From NCBI RefSeq assembly GCF_001194135.2, contig NC_069005.1:25728093-25766358 (forward strand): DNA of 38,266 nucleotides. Direction: 5' to 3'. Below, one piece after another: positions 36,136-38,266 of the stretch; the first letter of the stretch is position 1, and each line of letters begins with the position of its first letter. The DNA is from Octopus bimaculoides. Its lineage: Eukaryota. The notes under the pieces were generated by a model. The model was not told the DNA's origin. It saw nothing but the letters and a program-made list of their open reading frames with translations, and did not search any database. The position numbers and the translations under genes were made by a program.

Positions 36136-36300
36136 TACCGTATTTTAACGTGTAGAAGGGACCCTTTCTTGTCAAAAATTAGGTTTAAAAAAATATGGGA
36201 GTTTCTTATACACGGATAGTATTATAATCCCTTACAAAACCATTTTCAAAATTTTAAGCCCAAAAATTAGGGGGTTCCTTATACACGTTAAAATACCGTA
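36136..36300. mobile_element. Tc1/mariner (Tc2-like) MITE
   Basis: TA-ccgtattttaacgtgta ... tacacgttaaaataccg-TA. Confidence 0.75.
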
Positions 36301-37127
36301 CATACATACACACACGTGCGCGCGTGTGTATCTATATTGTCATGATTTTATGGGAGTCATCAAAATTGCTTGATCTTTTTTTTTATATTCTAAACGAACA
36401 GCAAGCTCAGTTCAGTCATTTGCAGATAGAAATAAGCATTAAGCAACAGGATTGTCACCAAGAGAAGTCTGTATTTAAGCTATATTAACAACAACACGAC
36501 TGTCATTTCGAGCTGCCTTTGTATTCAAGCTGCGACAATAAACAACATCGTTATAACTAACTTACACCAATAACACATTTGCCATCATTGTAAACAAACA
36601 CATCATTTATATGACATCATCGTTATTTTATTTCGAAAATAACAAGTTGTATAAGACTGCCTAATGAGCATTCTTTCGTTTTGGCTCCGCAAAACGAAGG
36701 AATGCCTATTAGGCATTAAGGAATGTCTATTAATGCATGACTCTTTTTTTTATATGATTTGTTTTATAGTGTACCTTTGGTCTTTTTTAAAAATATATTT
36801 GTTTATGCGTTGTGTCTGTGATTGTATGTGAGTTCGCGCGAGCTAAGTAAAAGCCAAAATGAAACTAGAATGAATTTCATGTAAACAAACAGCGTAAACA
36901 TGTTTATAGGAGCGAAACGGCGACTAAGCGGAAACGCAGTTATGCAACAACGGTTCTCTTACACAGATGTAGATAAACCTGTAGAAGTTATCTTTTTGAG
37001 GTTGGAATGCTCATTCGTTTACAAATAAAATTAAGTGTGGAAGCGAAGTCAATTAGCACCCATTTAAGAAATAAATTTTAGCAGTAAATCATTGATAGAG
37101 GGAAAACGCAGAAGAAAAATATCCCAC

Positions 37128-37200
37128 AGGTTCCGACGAGGATCGAACTCGCGACATTTTGTGTGTGAAACAGATGTGATAACCACTACACCACGGAACC
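37128..37200 (-). tRNA. tRNA-Val(CAC), one anticodon-stem mismatch
   Basis: TCTGT/ACAAA gives a C-A mismatch; otherwise intact; T5 terminator. Confidence 0.85.
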
Positions 37201-37826
37201 TACGAGTGCAACCTTATGACAGTAACGTATTTGTAAGCATTATTTATAAGTGAATCTGGGACAATTTTTTTATTTTTGTTTAAGGATGAAATTTAAGAAA
37301 TAATGGTAACATAAGAAATTGAGAGGCTGGTAGTTTAATTGTTTGGTCAAAAATAAGCATTAGCATTGTTTATCTCATCTTACATCTCCGTTTCTCCATA
37401 TTACAGTAAAAAAATCGATTTAATCAACATAAGCTAATAAGACATTTGCTATCGATGAAAACAGGCGTTTCATAGAATATCATAGATATTTTATTTTAAA
37501 ATCATTATTATTGTTATTAACGTATGTGTTTATTGTCTAATATCCCTTTAGTATTCGAATATATATTTGTTTTGCGCTCGCGAGTTCGTGTGCATTTCGT
37601 GGCGGGGACGGTTCACACGCCAAAATTGAAAACGAAAGTGAAACTAGTCTGAATCAAAGCAAAATAAATGTAAATAGGTTTGCATGAGACAGCGTTGATT
37701 TGCTATTTCGTGTGAAATTGTGATTTTCATGCATTTCTAAATAATCAGCTTCCATTTGAGTAACGAATATTAATAGTAGATTGTAAGATGAGATACCCAC
37801 GATATGAAAAAAAATTACAAATCAAC

Positions 37827-37899
37827 AGGTTCCGACGAGGATCGAACTCGCGACATTCTGTGTGTGAAACAGACGTGATAACCACTACACCACGGAACC
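37827..37899 (-). tRNA. tRNA-Val(CAC)
   Basis: Intact cloverleaf, T8 terminator. Confidence 0.93.
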
Positions 37900-38266
37900 C
37901 ACGATGTAAACAAACGTAGTCATTAGTATTTAAATCAAAACTAAAAACATTATTATTATATCTTTAACCCTTTATTTCGTGGATGAAATATAGATAGTGG
38001 CGAGATGAGAAAAAAGAGCTCAGCCGTTTTAAAACTGGTTACAGACGCAAACATTAGCAACAGGACTGTGTCCATTAGAAACCTCTCCGTATTATACCCA
38101 CAACAGACAAAACGAAATCAATATAACCAGCATAAACCAGTTGCTATTGATATAAACAATCGCATCACTTACGTAATATCAAAAGTACATCTTTTTGAAA
38201 TAATAATTATTATTGTTGTTAACACGCGAAGAATCATATTTTGTACCTCTAGGTTGTCTTTTTTTC

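Overview
Gappy, repeat-rich animal genomic DNA. Its SINE, MITE and microsatellite content looks like an Octopus genome (organism inferred from repeat families recalled from memory, not searched). Positions ~1.7-22.6 kb hold the 5' part of a minus-strand CEP192/SPD-2 centrosomal gene. I resolved 12 GT-AG coding exons whose phases chain in frame except at one junction (between 13716 and 10340). The exons cover the N-terminal 'PLATST' region, an 'RMSVGTYMRIGSETL' motif, a 1.9-kb S/T/P-rich exon with a 42-bp tandem repeat, and the first ASH/PapD-like domains; the gene runs off the left end. Positions 26.8-37.9 kb hold a minus-strand tRNA-Val cluster: 1 AAC gene, 4 CAC genes and 1 pseudogene. All six copies have U73 and a TATA-like box at -28 to -36, and some spacers show faint homology. 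The rest is tRNA-derived SINEs, piggyBac/hAT/Tc1-mariner MITEs, RTE/CR1/Penelope fragments, microsatellites and N gaps. The most unusual signal is a tRNA-headed (A box/B box) short element whose tail holds a minimal hammerhead-ribozyme motif. One copy also has a Penelope-style inverted tail duplication, making it a candidate SINE mobilised by Penelope-like elements.
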